Of a DNA stretch of 64,000 bases, positions 20,276 through 30,634 are shown in pieces. Position 1 is the stretch's first letter. Each line of letters starts with the position of its first letter. A model generated the notes under the pieces. It was not told the DNA's origin. It worked only from the letters and a program-made list of their open reading frames with translations, and did not search any database. Location of the stretch: contig JBAMMA010000001.1 of assembly GCA_039794005.1 (NCBI GenBank), positions 1 through 64,000 of the forward strand, written 5' to 3'. This DNA comes from Thermoplasmata archaeon. Its GTDB lineage: Archaea; Thermoplasmatota; Thermoplasmata; Thermoplasmatales; ARK-15. The position numbers were made by a program, and so were the translations under genes.

Positions 20276-20811
20276 TAATAACTATTTCAGGACCGCCCGG
20301 AAGTGGAAAAACGACGGTATCAAAAGAATTGGCCAAAAAGCTTAATTTTAAATACATTTCGGGAGGAGAAATATTTAGAAACATGGCAAAAGAGAATAAT
20401 ATGAGCATTGAGGAATTTTCTAAATATGCGGAAAGGAATAAAGAAATAGATAAAAAAATCGATGATTATTTGTTGGAAATGATGAAAAAGGATGATGATA
20501 TAGTTGTGGATTCTCGTTTATCAGGATGGTTGGCCTATAAGAATAATATCCATGCATTCAAGGTCTATATAAATGCAAATAGAGATGTTAGGGTTGAAAG
20601 GATCAAAAAGAGGGATATAAACGTAAAGACTGAGGATATAATCTTAAGGGAAGAAAGTGAAAAGAAAAGGTACATGGAATTTTATTCAATTAACATTGAA
20701 GATTTATCAATTTATGATTTTATTTTAAACACGGACAATTTAAGTATTGATGAAGTAGTCAGAAGAGTAGAGGGTGCATTTGAAAGATGGACGATGTCCT
20801 CCTTTTATTAA
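20272..20811 (+). CDS. cmk: Cytidylate kinase (archaeal type)
   Basis: ITISGPPGSGKTT, GEIFR, RLSGW, REESEKKRY. Confidence 0.95.
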   Translation: MIITISGPPGSGKTTVSKELAKKLNFKYISGGEIFRNMAKENNMSIEEFSKYAERNKEIDKKIDDYLLEMMKKDDDIVVDSRLSGWLAYKNNIHAFKVYINANRDVRVERIKKRDINVKTEDIILREESEKKRYMEFYSINIEDLSIYDFILNTDNLSIDEVVRRVEGAFERWTMSSFY

Positions 20812-21665
20812 AAGGGTCTTATGTGGTAATAGATAAACCATACGGACCAACAAGCCACCAGGTTACCTCCTGGGTTAAGAAAATTTTAAATGTAAATAAG
20901 GCGGGTCATGCAGGTACTCTGGACCCTCATGTAACTGGTGTACTTCCCATAGGAATTAACAAGGGTACTAAGGTAATCAATCTATTACATTATTTAGAAA
21001 AGGAGTATGTTGGAGTAATGAGATTACATTCCGATATAGACGAAGAATCTATAATAAACATTTTCAAGGAATTTACCGGTGAAATATATCAAAGTGTTCC
21101 CGTTAGATCAGCAGTCTCAAGAACAATAAGAAAGAGAAGAATATATTCACTTAAATTTTTGGAAAAGGAAGGACTGAATGTATTATTTAAAACAACAACA
21201 GAATCAGGAACATACATAAGAACACTTTGCGTGGATGTCGGGGATGCACTTGGTGTTGGTGCAAACATGGTTGAATTAAGAAGGACAAGAACAGGGCATA
21301 TAACTGAAAATGAATCACACTATCTGCAAGATCTGGTAGATGCCTATGAATTTTACAAAGAAGGGGATTACAGGTATTTAAAAAATATATTAAGGCCATT
21401 AGAAGAATTAATAAAACCATTTCCAAAGATCTGGGTGAAGGATTCGGCAGTAGATGCATTAGCAAATGGAGCTCCCCTTTATGATGTAGGCATAACAAAA
21501 ATTGAAGGAGAATTAAAAGTTGGTTTTCCAGTGGCAGTACTGACACAAAAGGATAGATTAATAGGATACGGTTATTATACAGGTAATGAGGCAGGTAAAA
21601 TTTTAAAAATGGATTCCATTTTGATTGAAAGGGGAGAGTATCCAAAAGGGTGGAAAGATAAATGA
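20787..21665 (+). CDS. cbf5: H/ACA pseudouridine synthase Cbf5
   Basis: DKPYGPTSHQV, GHAGTLDP, GTYIRTLC, ELRRTR; C-terminal PUA domain. Confidence 0.96.
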   Translation: MDDVLLLLKGSYVVIDKPYGPTSHQVTSWVKKILNVNKAGHAGTLDPHVTGVLPIGINKGTKVINLLHYLEKEYVGVMRLHSDIDEESIINIFKEFTGEIYQSVPVRSAVSRTIRKRRIYSLKFLEKEGLNVLFKTTTESGTYIRTLCVDVGDALGVGANMVELRRTRTGHITENESHYLQDLVDAYEFYKEGDYRYLKNILRPLEELIKPFPKIWVKDSAVDALANGAPLYDVGITKIEGELKVGFPVAVLTQKDRLIGYGYYTGNEAGKILKMDSILIERGEYPKGWKDK

Positions 21666-22492
21666 AAAAGGCCTATGTATACTGGGATCATATTGAAATT
21701 CAAAATAAAAGAATCGATTTTCCAGATGATCCAAATTTATTATATAAGATATTACAAAAAATTGAAATGAATAAATTGGAAGAATTTTGCCAGGATTGTG
21801 ATTTTGAATTCATGCAATCAAAAGTAAATGACATATTGAGAGAAAGTTTATTAATACTTGGTGAAAAGAAGATATTGGAATATGATAAGACAGAGGAATT
21901 CTTAATATCTTTAACTAAATCAATTCTGAAGATAAAAAAAATATCAAACTATTATAAAATGACTTTATTGGATATTTTGGAATCAATCGATCCACTCGGT
22001 AAATATGAAAAGGGAGAAGAAAGGTTCATCAAGGAAATTAATGTAAATGATGAAGATAAGGTATTGTTGATAGAAAATTTAAGGAATGAATACTTAAAAT
22101 TAAAAGAAATTGAAAACTTAATAGAAAACACAATAAAAAACATAATGGAAAAATATGCCCCCAATTTATCGAATGTAGCAGGACCTATATTGGGAGCGGA
22201 GTTGATTGCACAGGCAGGTGGATTGCAGTCATTGTCCAGGATGCCAGGATCACGGATACAAATTTTGGGTGCAGGGAAATCGTTCTATTTGTCAAAGAGA
22301 TTTAAAAAACCAGGTCCAAAGCATGGAATTATTTTTAGACATCCATTTGTGCATGGATCCAAAAACAGAGGAAAAAATGCAAGATGGTTTGCCAATAAGA
22401 TTTCCATTGCGGCCAGGATAGATTTTTATAGAAAAGAATTGGATAATGATTTTATAAATAAAGTAAAAATTGAAATGACCGAATTAAAATGA
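21662..22492 (+). CDS. nop5: Nop5/Nop56-58 family C/D-box RNP protein (short form)
   Basis: APNLSNVAGPILGAELIAQAGGL, IQILGA, PKHGIIF, IAARID. Confidence 0.9.
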   Translation: MKKAYVYWDHIEIQNKRIDFPDDPNLLYKILQKIEMNKLEEFCQDCDFEFMQSKVNDILRESLLILGEKKILEYDKTEEFLISLTKSILKIKKISNYYKMTLLDILESIDPLGKYEKGEERFIKEINVNDEDKVLLIENLRNEYLKLKEIENLIENTIKNIMEKYAPNLSNVAGPILGAELIAQAGGLQSLSRMPGSRIQILGAGKSFYLSKRFKKPGPKHGIIFRHPFVHGSKNRGKNARWFANKISIAARIDFYRKELDNDFINKVKIEMTELK

Positions 22493-23929
22493 CTCCAAAC
22501 TCTTTTGACCTCTGAATTTTTCCCCGTTGATTTTGACAGGGTATATCCCTGTAAGACAGCCAAGGCATAAATCATACTCATTAATTCCAATGGCCTTAAT
22601 CAAACCTTTAAGTGAAATATAGGCCAAAGAATCCGCACCTATAATTTTTCTAATTTCCTCAACAGTTTTACCAGTTGCAATAAACTGATCTCTCGTTTTC
22701 ATGTCTATACCCAAATAGCAGGGAGCAATTATGGGTGGAGAACCAATTCTAACATGAACTTCCTTTGCTCCTGCATCTTTTAATAAAGAAACAATCTTTT
22801 TCATAGTATTTCCTCTTACAATACTATCATCAACCAGAACAATCCTTTTATTATTTATCACGTCCTTTACAGGGTTCAATTTTAACATAATTTCTTGAAC
22901 TCTTCCAGATTGATCAGGCATTATAAATGTTCTATCCACGTATCTATTCTTCATTAGACCTTCTTCAAAAGGTATTCCAGATTTGTGCGAAAAACCAAGT
23001 GCATGAGTTCTTCCACTATCCGGGACAGGAACAACCACATCGGCATCCACAGGACTTTCTTCCGCAAGTATCTCCCCCAACTTAAATCTGACGTTATATA
23101 CGGATTTCCCGTCAATTATGCTGTCGGCCCTCGCAAAATATACATATTCAAACATGCAGTGTGCATAATTTTTTTCAGATGGTCCAAACCTGTATGTTGC
23201 TAAATCACCGGATTCCAAAATTTCAACTATTTCTCCAGGTTTAACGTCTCTGATTATTTTACCACCTAAAACGTCAAATGCAACGCTTTCTGATGCAAAA
23301 CCTATACCCCCAGGAAAAATTCCCAATACAAGTGGTCTTATCCCTAGGGGATCCCTTATTGCAAATATTCTGTTATTAATCATTAATGCTAGCGAGTAAG
23401 AACCAATCAAATTATTCATTGTTTTTTTAATTGCATCTATAAGGCTATGACTCTTTAAAATATTGTATGATAACAATCTTAATATTACTTCAGTATCAGA
23501 ATCTGAATTGAATGAAATACCTAAATTTTCTAACATTATTCTTAATTCCTGTGCATTTGTAATTTCCCCGTTATGTGCTATGCCTATATCTCCAATGTTT
23601 GTATGAACAAAAAGGGGTTGAGCGTTTGAAATGTTTGATGCCCCGGCTGTGGAATATCTCACATGGCCTATACCACCATTTGATTTTAACTTTCTCAATG
23701 TCTCTGGATTTAAAACTTCATGTACCAATCCCATTCCTTTAATTATTTGCATTTTTTCTGAGAAAATTGCTATTCCAGCAGATTCCTGACCTCTGTGCTG
23801 TAATGATCTCAAAATATAATATAAATATAAAGGTGAATTGAAATCTTTTGTTCTAATTCCTGCTACCCCGCATTTTTCATTTCCTTTTTGCCCAATTATA
23901 TCTTCTGATTCTGGGAGCAGGAAATCCAC
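22484..23929 (-). CDS. purF: Amidophosphoribosyltransferase
   Basis: EK/CGVAG Ntn cysteine, LQHRGQESAG, GHVRYST, VDDSIVRG; likely GTG start at 23929 after GAGGTG SD (GTG 23938 possible). Confidence 0.97.
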   Translation of the reverse strand: MDFLLPESEDIIGQKGNEKCGVAGIRTKDFNSPLYLYYILRSLQHRGQESAGIAIFSEKMQIIKGMGLVHEVLNPETLRKLKSNGGIGHVRYSTAGASNISNAQPLFVHTNIGDIGIAHNGEITNAQELRIMLENLGISFNSDSDTEVILRLLSYNILKSHSLIDAIKKTMNNLIGSYSLALMINNRIFAIRDPLGIRPLVLGIFPGGIGFASESVAFDVLGGKIIRDVKPGEIVEILESGDLATYRFGPSEKNYAHCMFEYVYFARADSIIDGKSVYNVRFKLGEILAEESPVDADVVVPVPDSGRTHALGFSHKSGIPFEEGLMKNRYVDRTFIMPDQSGRVQEIMLKLNPVKDVINNKRIVLVDDSIVRGNTMKKIVSLLKDAGAKEVHVRIGSPPIIAPCYLGIDMKTRDQFIATGKTVEEIRKIIGADSLAYISLKGLIKAIGINEYDLCLGCLTGIYPVKINGEKFRGQKSLESF

Positions 23930-24041
23930 AGTGTGCACACCTCTTTTCCCTCACGTTATATGATCTATGACCGCATCTTCTACAAACTATATGCGTTTTA
24001 TTTTTATTCTTTTTACCCATTGCTGGCGTTCCGGAACCCAT
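23877..24041 (-). CDS. rpl37e: 50S ribosomal protein L37e (absent from ORF track)
   Basis: Manual translation MGSGTPAMGKKNKNKTHIVCRRCGHRSYNVREKRCAHCGFPAPRIRRYNWAKRK. Confidence 0.97.
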   Translation of the reverse strand: MGSGTPAMGKKNKNKTHIVCRRCGHRSYNVREKRCAHCGFPAPRIRRYNWAKRK

Positions 24042-24053
24042 TATTTTCACCTC

Positions 24054-24281
24054 TTATGATGGGGATATGTATATTACATTATCCCCTCTTACAATCATTG
24101 TAGGAAAAATTCCCTTACTCTGATTTTCAATTACCTCTTCAGCATCTTTTAATACTAAATTTATATGAACGTCATATCCAACCAATGTTCCTCTGTATTC
24201 TTTATTACCTTTTACCACAACAAAGACGTTTTTATTAAGAAAGCTCTGTAATACATGTAATGGTTTTTCCATCTGTTCCAT
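24054..24281 (-). CDS. Sm-like archaeal protein (SmAP/Lsm)
   Basis: GTLVGYDVHINLVL (Sm1), IVRGDNVIYISP (Sm2); upstream of L37e. Confidence 0.96.
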   Translation of the reverse strand: MEQMEKPLHVLQSFLNKNVFVVVKGNKEYRGTLVGYDVHINLVLKDAEEVIENQSKGIFPTMIVRGDNVIYISPS

Positions 24282-24372
24282 GTTTAGGTATGATTATTTT
24301 AATGTATTAAAATATATCGAAACGTAATCATAAATTTAAAATTTTTATATTTTAAAAACAATAACATAATAG

Positions 24373-26925
24373 ATGGCTAAAGAATATCTGGATGAATTTG
24401 TTGATAAATTTAAAAAATGTGATTCCGGTTGTATTCTGGTTCATGGTTCAAAAGGTATTGGAAAATTGTATTTAACTACGAAGGCTTTAGAAAAATTAAA
24501 TTTAAACTATCAAATTTTAAACATAGGTGATAAAAATGCTCTTCAGATTTTAACATCATTTTTAAATGTCGAGCAATCTCTCCCGGAAAGGATATTACAA
24601 GTTTCCGTAATTCAAAAGTTGGAAAGCCTTTTAAAGAATAATAATTACATTTTTGTCTTTGATTCAATAGATAAAGCTGAAAGTGATTTGCTTTCAATAT
24701 TTTTTAGCCTAGCAATTAAAGTATTAAGAGAGGATATTTTAGGGAAAGTGATAGGAATATATAATGATGATAATTTATCTACATCATTCCAAGGACTTGT
24801 AAAAATATTAAAAGAACAGGGTGCAAAAGAGATAGTTTTAAAACAACTATCTAAGGAAGAGGCATATAAGTTTATAAAGGATATGGGCTATACAATACCC
24901 CAATCAATATTTGAAATAATCTATTCCTTATCCAACGGAGATGTGGGAATCATAAATTATTATCTAAATGAACTTGAGAGATATAATTACGTAACTGAAA
25001 ATGTATTCGTAAAATCTCCAACTGATGAAGTAAAGGAGGAGATTAAATCGTTGTTGACAAATAGTAGGTTTGAAAATACAATCATTGAAGGCCTAAATGA
25101 AATTGAAAAGAAAATAATCATATTCATATACCTTTTAAAAGGAAAAATATCCGTAAACGATCTTTTATATTTATTAAATGAAAAGAAGGAAAATATAGAA
25201 AATATTTTAAATAATTTGGTTGAGAAAAAAATATTAAACAAGTTTGAAGATAAATACTATCTATTTTCCTACTCAATAATAGAATTATTTGATGAGAAGT
25301 TGATTGAATCCGTTGCATTTGAGATGGCTACGTATTTAGAATCCTCTGGTAAATTGTTAAAAGCAGCAGAAATATATTATGTTGCTAAGAAATATGACAA
25401 GGTAAAGGAGTTCATATGTAAAACACAATTGATCAAAAAAATGAAGAGCATAAAATATTGCGAAATGTGTATTTCAATTGAATTGAATGAGGATCTTTTG
25501 GATTATTTATTTAACTTGTACATTGAAGAAGAACATTATGGTAAAGCTTATAGAATTGCAAACCAATTAAAATCACTAAAGCCAAATGAACTAAAATATG
25601 CAATATATTTGGCTGAAGCATCCATTTATACTAACAGGCTCGATGAGGCTGAGAGAATATTACTTGAAATATCAAAAAATGAAGATAGTGAATTTTATCC
25701 ACGTATTCTTTATGATTTAAGCGAATTGTATTATAAAAAAGAAAAGTATAATATATCTTTAGATTACGCAATATCAGGTCTTAAATATTCAATATTGAAA
25801 AACAATCAGTATTATGAGGCATTAATATACAAGATTATTGGAAATATTTATTATTATAATTACAACGATGAGAGTTCAATAAATTATTACAAAAGGGCAT
25901 TAAATATATTCCAGAACCTGGGTTTTGAAAAGGAGGTTGCAACGATATACAACAATTTGGGTAATATATATATGGAAAAGGATTTAGAAAAAGGCCTGGA
26001 TTATTATAATTTGGCCTTAGAAATTGTAGAGAGAAACTGGTGGATATCACTTTTGACAACATTGGACACAAATATCGGAATACTGGATTTTATAAGGGGT
26101 GATTTAAAATCTTCATTGTTGACATTAAAAAAGTCAATGGGTTTGGCTTTATCAAAAGGAGATTATGATTTGGCAAAGTTCATTATATTATACTTATTTG
26201 ATATATATTTAATTAATGCCAAATATGACGAGGCAGAAGAAATAATCAACTTTGGTTTTAATTTATCTCACGATCTGAAAGAAGAAATCACGGATGTAAT
26301 TTTCATGGCAAATAAATCGATTATAGATGCAATAAACGGAAAGGAAGTAGAAATGAGACAATTGGACATTTTAAAGGAATCCAATATCCCTGTTGAGCAA
26401 AATCTTGGAAAACATCTGAAAGCTATGATTGAATACTATAGCGGAAGAATTAAAAATTATTTGGAGGAATGGAAATATTTTTGGGAAACCGGAAAAGAAA
26501 AGATAAAGCTACTCTCCGTTACAGATTATGTATCATATCTTGAAGATTTAACATATTATTCATTTTTCAACAATGAGGAAAATGTCAAGGAAATTGTTAA
26601 TAATATTGAAAGAATCAGAAATATACCAAATATAAATAATCTGAGGCTTGTAGAGTTAAGATTGGACTTATTGGATTTGGAATTAAATTTCCTTAAATCG
26701 AACGCAAATAGATTCATGCAAATAATAAAGGAGATTGAGGAAATGGATGCGAAATTCATATCGATTAAACATATGATAATATTTGGACTTTACATGGCAA
26801 AATATGGAAATGATGTTAAGATATTGAAAATGGGTCTTGACAATATTGATAAGCTGGGTAAACCGGGAATAAAGGCAATTTTCAAACAGTCCTATGAATA
26901 CTTTTTAAATCTATCAAATGAATAA
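24373..26925 (+). CDS. STAND-like NTPase-wHTH-TPR protein with degenerate Walker motifs
   Basis: GSKGIGKL (Walker A-like), YIFVFDSID (Walker B-like), central wHTH, TPRs such as IYKIIGNIYYY and IYNNLGNIY; paralogous to 40755-43487. Confidence 0.72.
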   Translation: MAKEYLDEFVDKFKKCDSGCILVHGSKGIGKLYLTTKALEKLNLNYQILNIGDKNALQILTSFLNVEQSLPERILQVSVIQKLESLLKNNNYIFVFDSIDKAESDLLSIFFSLAIKVLREDILGKVIGIYNDDNLSTSFQGLVKILKEQGAKEIVLKQLSKEEAYKFIKDMGYTIPQSIFEIIYSLSNGDVGIINYYLNELERYNYVTENVFVKSPTDEVKEEIKSLLTNSRFENTIIEGLNEIEKKIIIFIYLLKGKISVNDLLYLLNEKKENIENILNNLVEKKILNKFEDKYYLFSYSIIELFDEKLIESVAFEMATYLESSGKLLKAAEIYYVAKKYDKVKEFICKTQLIKKMKSIKYCEMCISIELNEDLLDYLFNLYIEEEHYGKAYRIANQLKSLKPNELKYAIYLAEASIYTNRLDEAERILLEISKNEDSEFYPRILYDLSELYYKKEKYNISLDYAISGLKYSILKNNQYYEALIYKIIGNIYYYNYNDESSINYYKRALNIFQNLGFEKEVATIYNNLGNIYMEKDLEKGLDYYNLALEIVERNWWISLLTTLDTNIGILDFIRGDLKSSLLTLKKSMGLALSKGDYDLAKFIILYLFDIYLINAKYDEAEEIINFGFNLSHDLKEEITDVIFMANKSIIDAINGKEVEMRQLDILKESNIPVEQNLGKHLKAMIEYYSGRIKNYLEEWKYFWETGKEKIKLLSVTDYVSYLEDLTYYSFFNNEENVKEIVNNIERIRNIPNINNLRLVELRLDLLDLELNFLKSNANRFMQIIKEIEEMDAKFISIKHMIIFGLYMAKYGNDVKILKMGLDNIDKLGKPGIKAIFKQSYEYFLNLSNE

Positions 26926-26996
26926 TTTACTTATTTTAAAGAAAAATATATATTTTAGATTTATATTGTTTAAAACAAATTATTAAGGTGATAAAT

Positions 26997-28088
26997 ATGG
27001 CTGATAATCAAAATGAGGTAAGAAACATAATTTCACCAGACGATGAAGAATTGAGAAAATTTGTTGAGAATTTAAAAGTAAATATAAAGATTGTTGGTTG
27101 TGGTGGTGGAGGATCCAATACTATAAATAGGTTATTTGAATCTGGAATTATAGGAACAGAATTAATAGCAATAAATACCGATGCCCAACATTTATTAAGG
27201 ATAAAGGCAAATAAAAAGATTTTGATTGGCAAGAGGTTGACAAAAGGTCTTGGTGCCGGGGCAGATCCTAAAGTGGGTGAAATGGCTGCACAGGAAGCCG
27301 ATGAAGAATTAAGAAATGTTCTAGCGAAAACCGATATTTTATTTATAACAGCTGGGATGGGTGGAGGTACGGGTACGGGATCAGCGCCATATGTAGCAAA
27401 GATCGCCAGGGAAATAAATCCAGGAGTTTTGATAATCGGTGTCGTAACATTGCCATTTTCTGCTGAAGGTAAATTGAGGATGGATCAGGCCCTTTATGGA
27501 TTGGACAGGTTGAGAAGATATTGTGATACTACAATAGTTATTCCAAATGACAAATTACTGGAGTATGTACCTAAACTTCCATTGGATCAGGCATTCAAAG
27601 TTGCCGATGAAATATTAATGGTTGCCCTTAAAGGATTGACGGAAATCATAACAAAACCTGGTTTAGTAAACATTGATTTTGCCGATATAAGAACAATAAT
27701 GAAAGACGCGGGAATGGCCATGATAGGAATAGGAGAATCGGATGATAGTCATAATAGGGTAGAGGCTGCAGTTCAGGAGGCAATAAATTCACCCCTTATT
27801 GAAGCAGATATAAAGGATGCAAAAGGTGCGTTGGTAAGGGTTGTCGGAGATCCTCACATGTCTGTTTCCGAAGCACAAAAGGCTGCTGAAATCATTCAGA
27901 AAAACATAAGTCCAAATGCAAGGTTAATATGGGGTGCTTCAATAGATCCAGAGCTCCAGGACATGATAAGGGTACTTATTGTTTTGACAGGTGTAAAGAG
28001 CCCGTATGTAATCGGGCAAAAGGGAGAGAATCTTCAGGAATTGACAAAGAGGGTATCATCATTGAATGCTGATTTAGACAATTTATAA
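26997..28088 (+). CDS. ftsZ: Cell division protein FtsZ
   Basis: [33 protein letters not shown]. Confidence 0.98.
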   Translation: MADNQNEVRNIISPDDEELRKFVENLKVNIKIVGCGGGGSNTINRLFESGIIGTELIAINTDAQHLLRIKANKKILIGKRLTKGLGAGADPKVGEMAAQEADEELRNVLAKTDILFITAGMGGGTGTGSAPYVAKIAREINPGVLIIGVVTLPFSAEGKLRMDQALYGLDRLRRYCDTTIVIPNDKLLEYVPKLPLDQAFKVADEILMVALKGLTEIITKPGLVNIDFADIRTIMKDAGMAMIGIGESDDSHNRVEAAVQEAINSPLIEADIKDAKGALVRVVGDPHMSVSEAQKAAEIIQKNISPNARLIWGASIDPELQDMIRVLIVLTGVKSPYVIGQKGENLQELTKRVSSLNADLDNL

Positions 28089-28089
28089 A

Positions 28090-28341
28090 TCATTTATATT
28101 TTATTTTTCCTATTAATATAGATATTGAAATTATAAATGAAATTCCATTTGCCAAAATTAAGGGATAATCCATCAATAACAGACCGTATAAAAACCACAA
28201 AAAGATTCCAGTTGAGATTACGATGTACATTATTAACGATACATCCTTAGCACTTTTTTCTCTCCAAATCTTAATCGATTGTGGTATAAAGGAAGCGGTG
28301 GTTAAAGTTCCTGCAACATATCCTATTATGGTCAAATCCAT
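28090..28341 (-). CDS. SemiSWEET / PQ-loop transporter
   Basis: 83 aa, 3 TM, TTASFIPQ, KSAKDVS, LWFLYG, PLILAN. Confidence 0.92.
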   Translation of the reverse strand: MDLTIIGYVAGTLTTASFIPQSIKIWREKSAKDVSLIMYIVISTGIFLWFLYGLLLMDYPLILANGISFIISISILIGKIKYK

Positions 28342-28375
28342 AAATGCTGTAAAAAAATGTGAATATTAAATTTAA

Positions 28376-28448
28376 TGCCGTGGGCCGGGATCGAACCAGC
28401 GGCCTCCAGATCTTCAGTCTGGCGCTCTCCCAACTGAGCTACCACGGC
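28376..28448 (-). tRNA. tRNA-Phe(GAA)
   Basis: Reverse strand GCCGTGG...CCAGA-CT-GAA-GA-TCTGG...GGTTCGATCC...CCACGGCA. Confidence 0.96.
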
Positions 28449-28582
28449 TTATTAGAATATAAATAATAAGAGATATAAAAATTTAACATTGATCATTAAA
28501 ATATAAAAATTAAATTATATTTTTGTTTAAAAATTTAATATTATATGGAAAAATTAAAAAATAGAAATAAGATTAAGGAGGG

Positions 28583-30634
28583 ATGATCATTGTAAATCTT
28601 TTTTCGGTAAAGACTGGGATACAGAGAATAAATCTATTTGAAATACCTTCCTGGGAATTGTATATCCATTATGCATTAACCATCGTCCTGGCAGTTTTTT
28701 ATATAGTATGGTTTTATAGATTATATAAAAAATTGGGAATAAAAAGTGGAAATCTTTTTAAAAAGATATGGAAATATTGGAACTGGAAAAATTTAATTTT
28801 GTATGGTATTCTGCAAAAGAAATTCACGAGAGACAGATATGCCGGAATAATGCATATTATGATATTTTATGGATTAATTTTATTGACGATTTCAACTGCC
28901 CTTGTTGCCCTGGATCAAGACATTTTAAATGATTTTTTCGGTTATAGGATTTTGATAGGCCCATTTTACCTGTTGTTTGAATTGTGGTCTGATACCGGTG
29001 GATTAATGTTAACTACCGGAATCCTAATGGCATTCTACAGGAGAATTAGGAAAAAGGTTATATTAGAGACAATATGGGACGATTATGTTTTATTATCTTT
29101 ATTGTTGATTATTGCATTGGAAGGATTCTTTTTGGAAGGCTTAAATATTTATATTGAAAATAATATATTAATATGGTCAAGGTATGAAAATTCGTATAGA
29201 TATATAGGGTTCATCTTTTCACTATTCTGGTCTAATGTTACAAATACAACAGATGCAATAGAAATTTATAGGATATTATGGGCAGTTCATTTTACAACGG
29301 TTTTTGCAACATTAATTTACGCATTATACAGCAAATTGTCACACGTTATTTTATCCCCATTGTATATTGCATTCAAACCTAACAAGGTTAGAGGAGAGAT
29401 GACAACACCATTTTTATTGACAGAATTGATGGAAAACCCGAACGTTGAATTGAAGGTGGGAATAAAAAATGCAATAGATCTGAAACCAATCCAAAGGTTG
29501 GAGACGCTTGCATGTACAAATTGCGGAAGATGTGAAAGGGCATGTCCGGCCTTTGCAGCCGGAAGAGAATTAAGTCCAAGGAAGACTACCCAAAGTTTAA
29601 AAAAGATTGTTGGTGAAAATAAAGAACTAATACCAGAAATTTTTTCAGAACAATTTATTTGGTCATGTACCACATGTCAAGCTTGCGTGGAAGAGTGTCC
29701 AGTTTTGATAGATCCACAATCTTACATTCTTGAAATGAGAAGAACGCTGGTCATGGAAAGTAAACTGGATAAGCTGCAGGTACAATTTTTAAATAACTTA
29801 ACGTATACAAGAAATCCTTTGGGTAATTCTCCAGATGAAAGGAATGTATGGGTTGAAAAATCTAAGAAATTTGATAACGATGAATATTTGTTATGGATTG
29901 GATGTATGCCGAGTTTTGATAACAGAACAAAAAATGTTGCTGAGAGTATTATTAAGATATTGAAAACTGCAAATGTAAGTTTTGGAGTTTTGGGTGATGA
30001 GGAGGTATGCTGTGGTGAATCTGCAAGAAGATTGGGAGAGGAAAGCAGATTTCAGGAACTCGTTTTGCAAAACGTTGAAACGTTCAAGAAATACAATGTA
30101 AAGAAAATAATAACACTCTGCCCGCACGGATATAATACATTTAAGAATGAATATTCAAAATTCATAGAAGGTTTGGAGGTATATCATCATACACAGATAA
30201 TTAAGAAGCTCATCGAGGAAAACAAAATAGTTTTGAATAAAAATGATGAAATATTCACCTACCATGATCCCTGCTATTTGGGAAGAATAAATAATGAATT
30301 TGAAGCCCCAAGGTTCATTTTAGAAAAAGCGGTAGAATTGAATGAGATGGACAGATCCAAGGATAAAAGTTTTTGTTGCGGTGGAGGTGGCGCAAATTAC
30401 TGGTACAAGGTAAATGAAAAGACACCGATATCTCACATAAGAATAAAGGAGGCATCATCAAAAGCCAAAAATGTTGCAGTTGCATGTCCATTCTGTCTTG
30501 GCATGTTAGAAGATGCAGCAAGGACACTCAATATGGAAGAGATGAAAATTATGGATATATCGGAAATTGTCGTTAACAGAATTCAAGATCTTTCTTCTAA
30601 AGAATCAGGATCCAGCAATTCAAAATCTTTATAA
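28583..30634 (+). CDS. Membrane-bound Fe-S oxidoreductase (FadF/HdrD-like: TM region + 2 [4Fe-4S] + 2 CCG domains)
   Basis: About 5 TM with His; CTNCGRCERACP and CTTCQACVEECP; CCGE, CPHG, YHDPCYLGR, CCGGGG, ACPFC. Confidence 0.9.
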   Translation: MIIVNLFSVKTGIQRINLFEIPSWELYIHYALTIVLAVFYIVWFYRLYKKLGIKSGNLFKKIWKYWNWKNLILYGILQKKFTRDRYAGIMHIMIFYGLILLTISTALVALDQDILNDFFGYRILIGPFYLLFELWSDTGGLMLTTGILMAFYRRIRKKVILETIWDDYVLLSLLLIIALEGFFLEGLNIYIENNILIWSRYENSYRYIGFIFSLFWSNVTNTTDAIEIYRILWAVHFTTVFATLIYALYSKLSHVILSPLYIAFKPNKVRGEMTTPFLLTELMENPNVELKVGIKNAIDLKPIQRLETLACTNCGRCERACPAFAAGRELSPRKTTQSLKKIVGENKELIPEIFSEQFIWSCTTCQACVEECPVLIDPQSYILEMRRTLVMESKLDKLQVQFLNNLTYTRNPLGNSPDERNVWVEKSKKFDNDEYLLWIGCMPSFDNRTKNVAESIIKILKTANVSFGVLGDEEVCCGESARRLGEESRFQELVLQNVETFKKYNVKKIITLCPHGYNTFKNEYSKFIEGLEVYHHTQIIKKLIEENKIVLNKNDEIFTYHDPCYLGRINNEFEAPRFILEKAVELNEMDRSKDKSFCCGGGGANYWYKVNEKTPISHIRIKEASSKAKNVAVACPFCLGMLEDAARTLNMEEMKIMDISEIVVNRIQDLSSKESGSSNSKSL

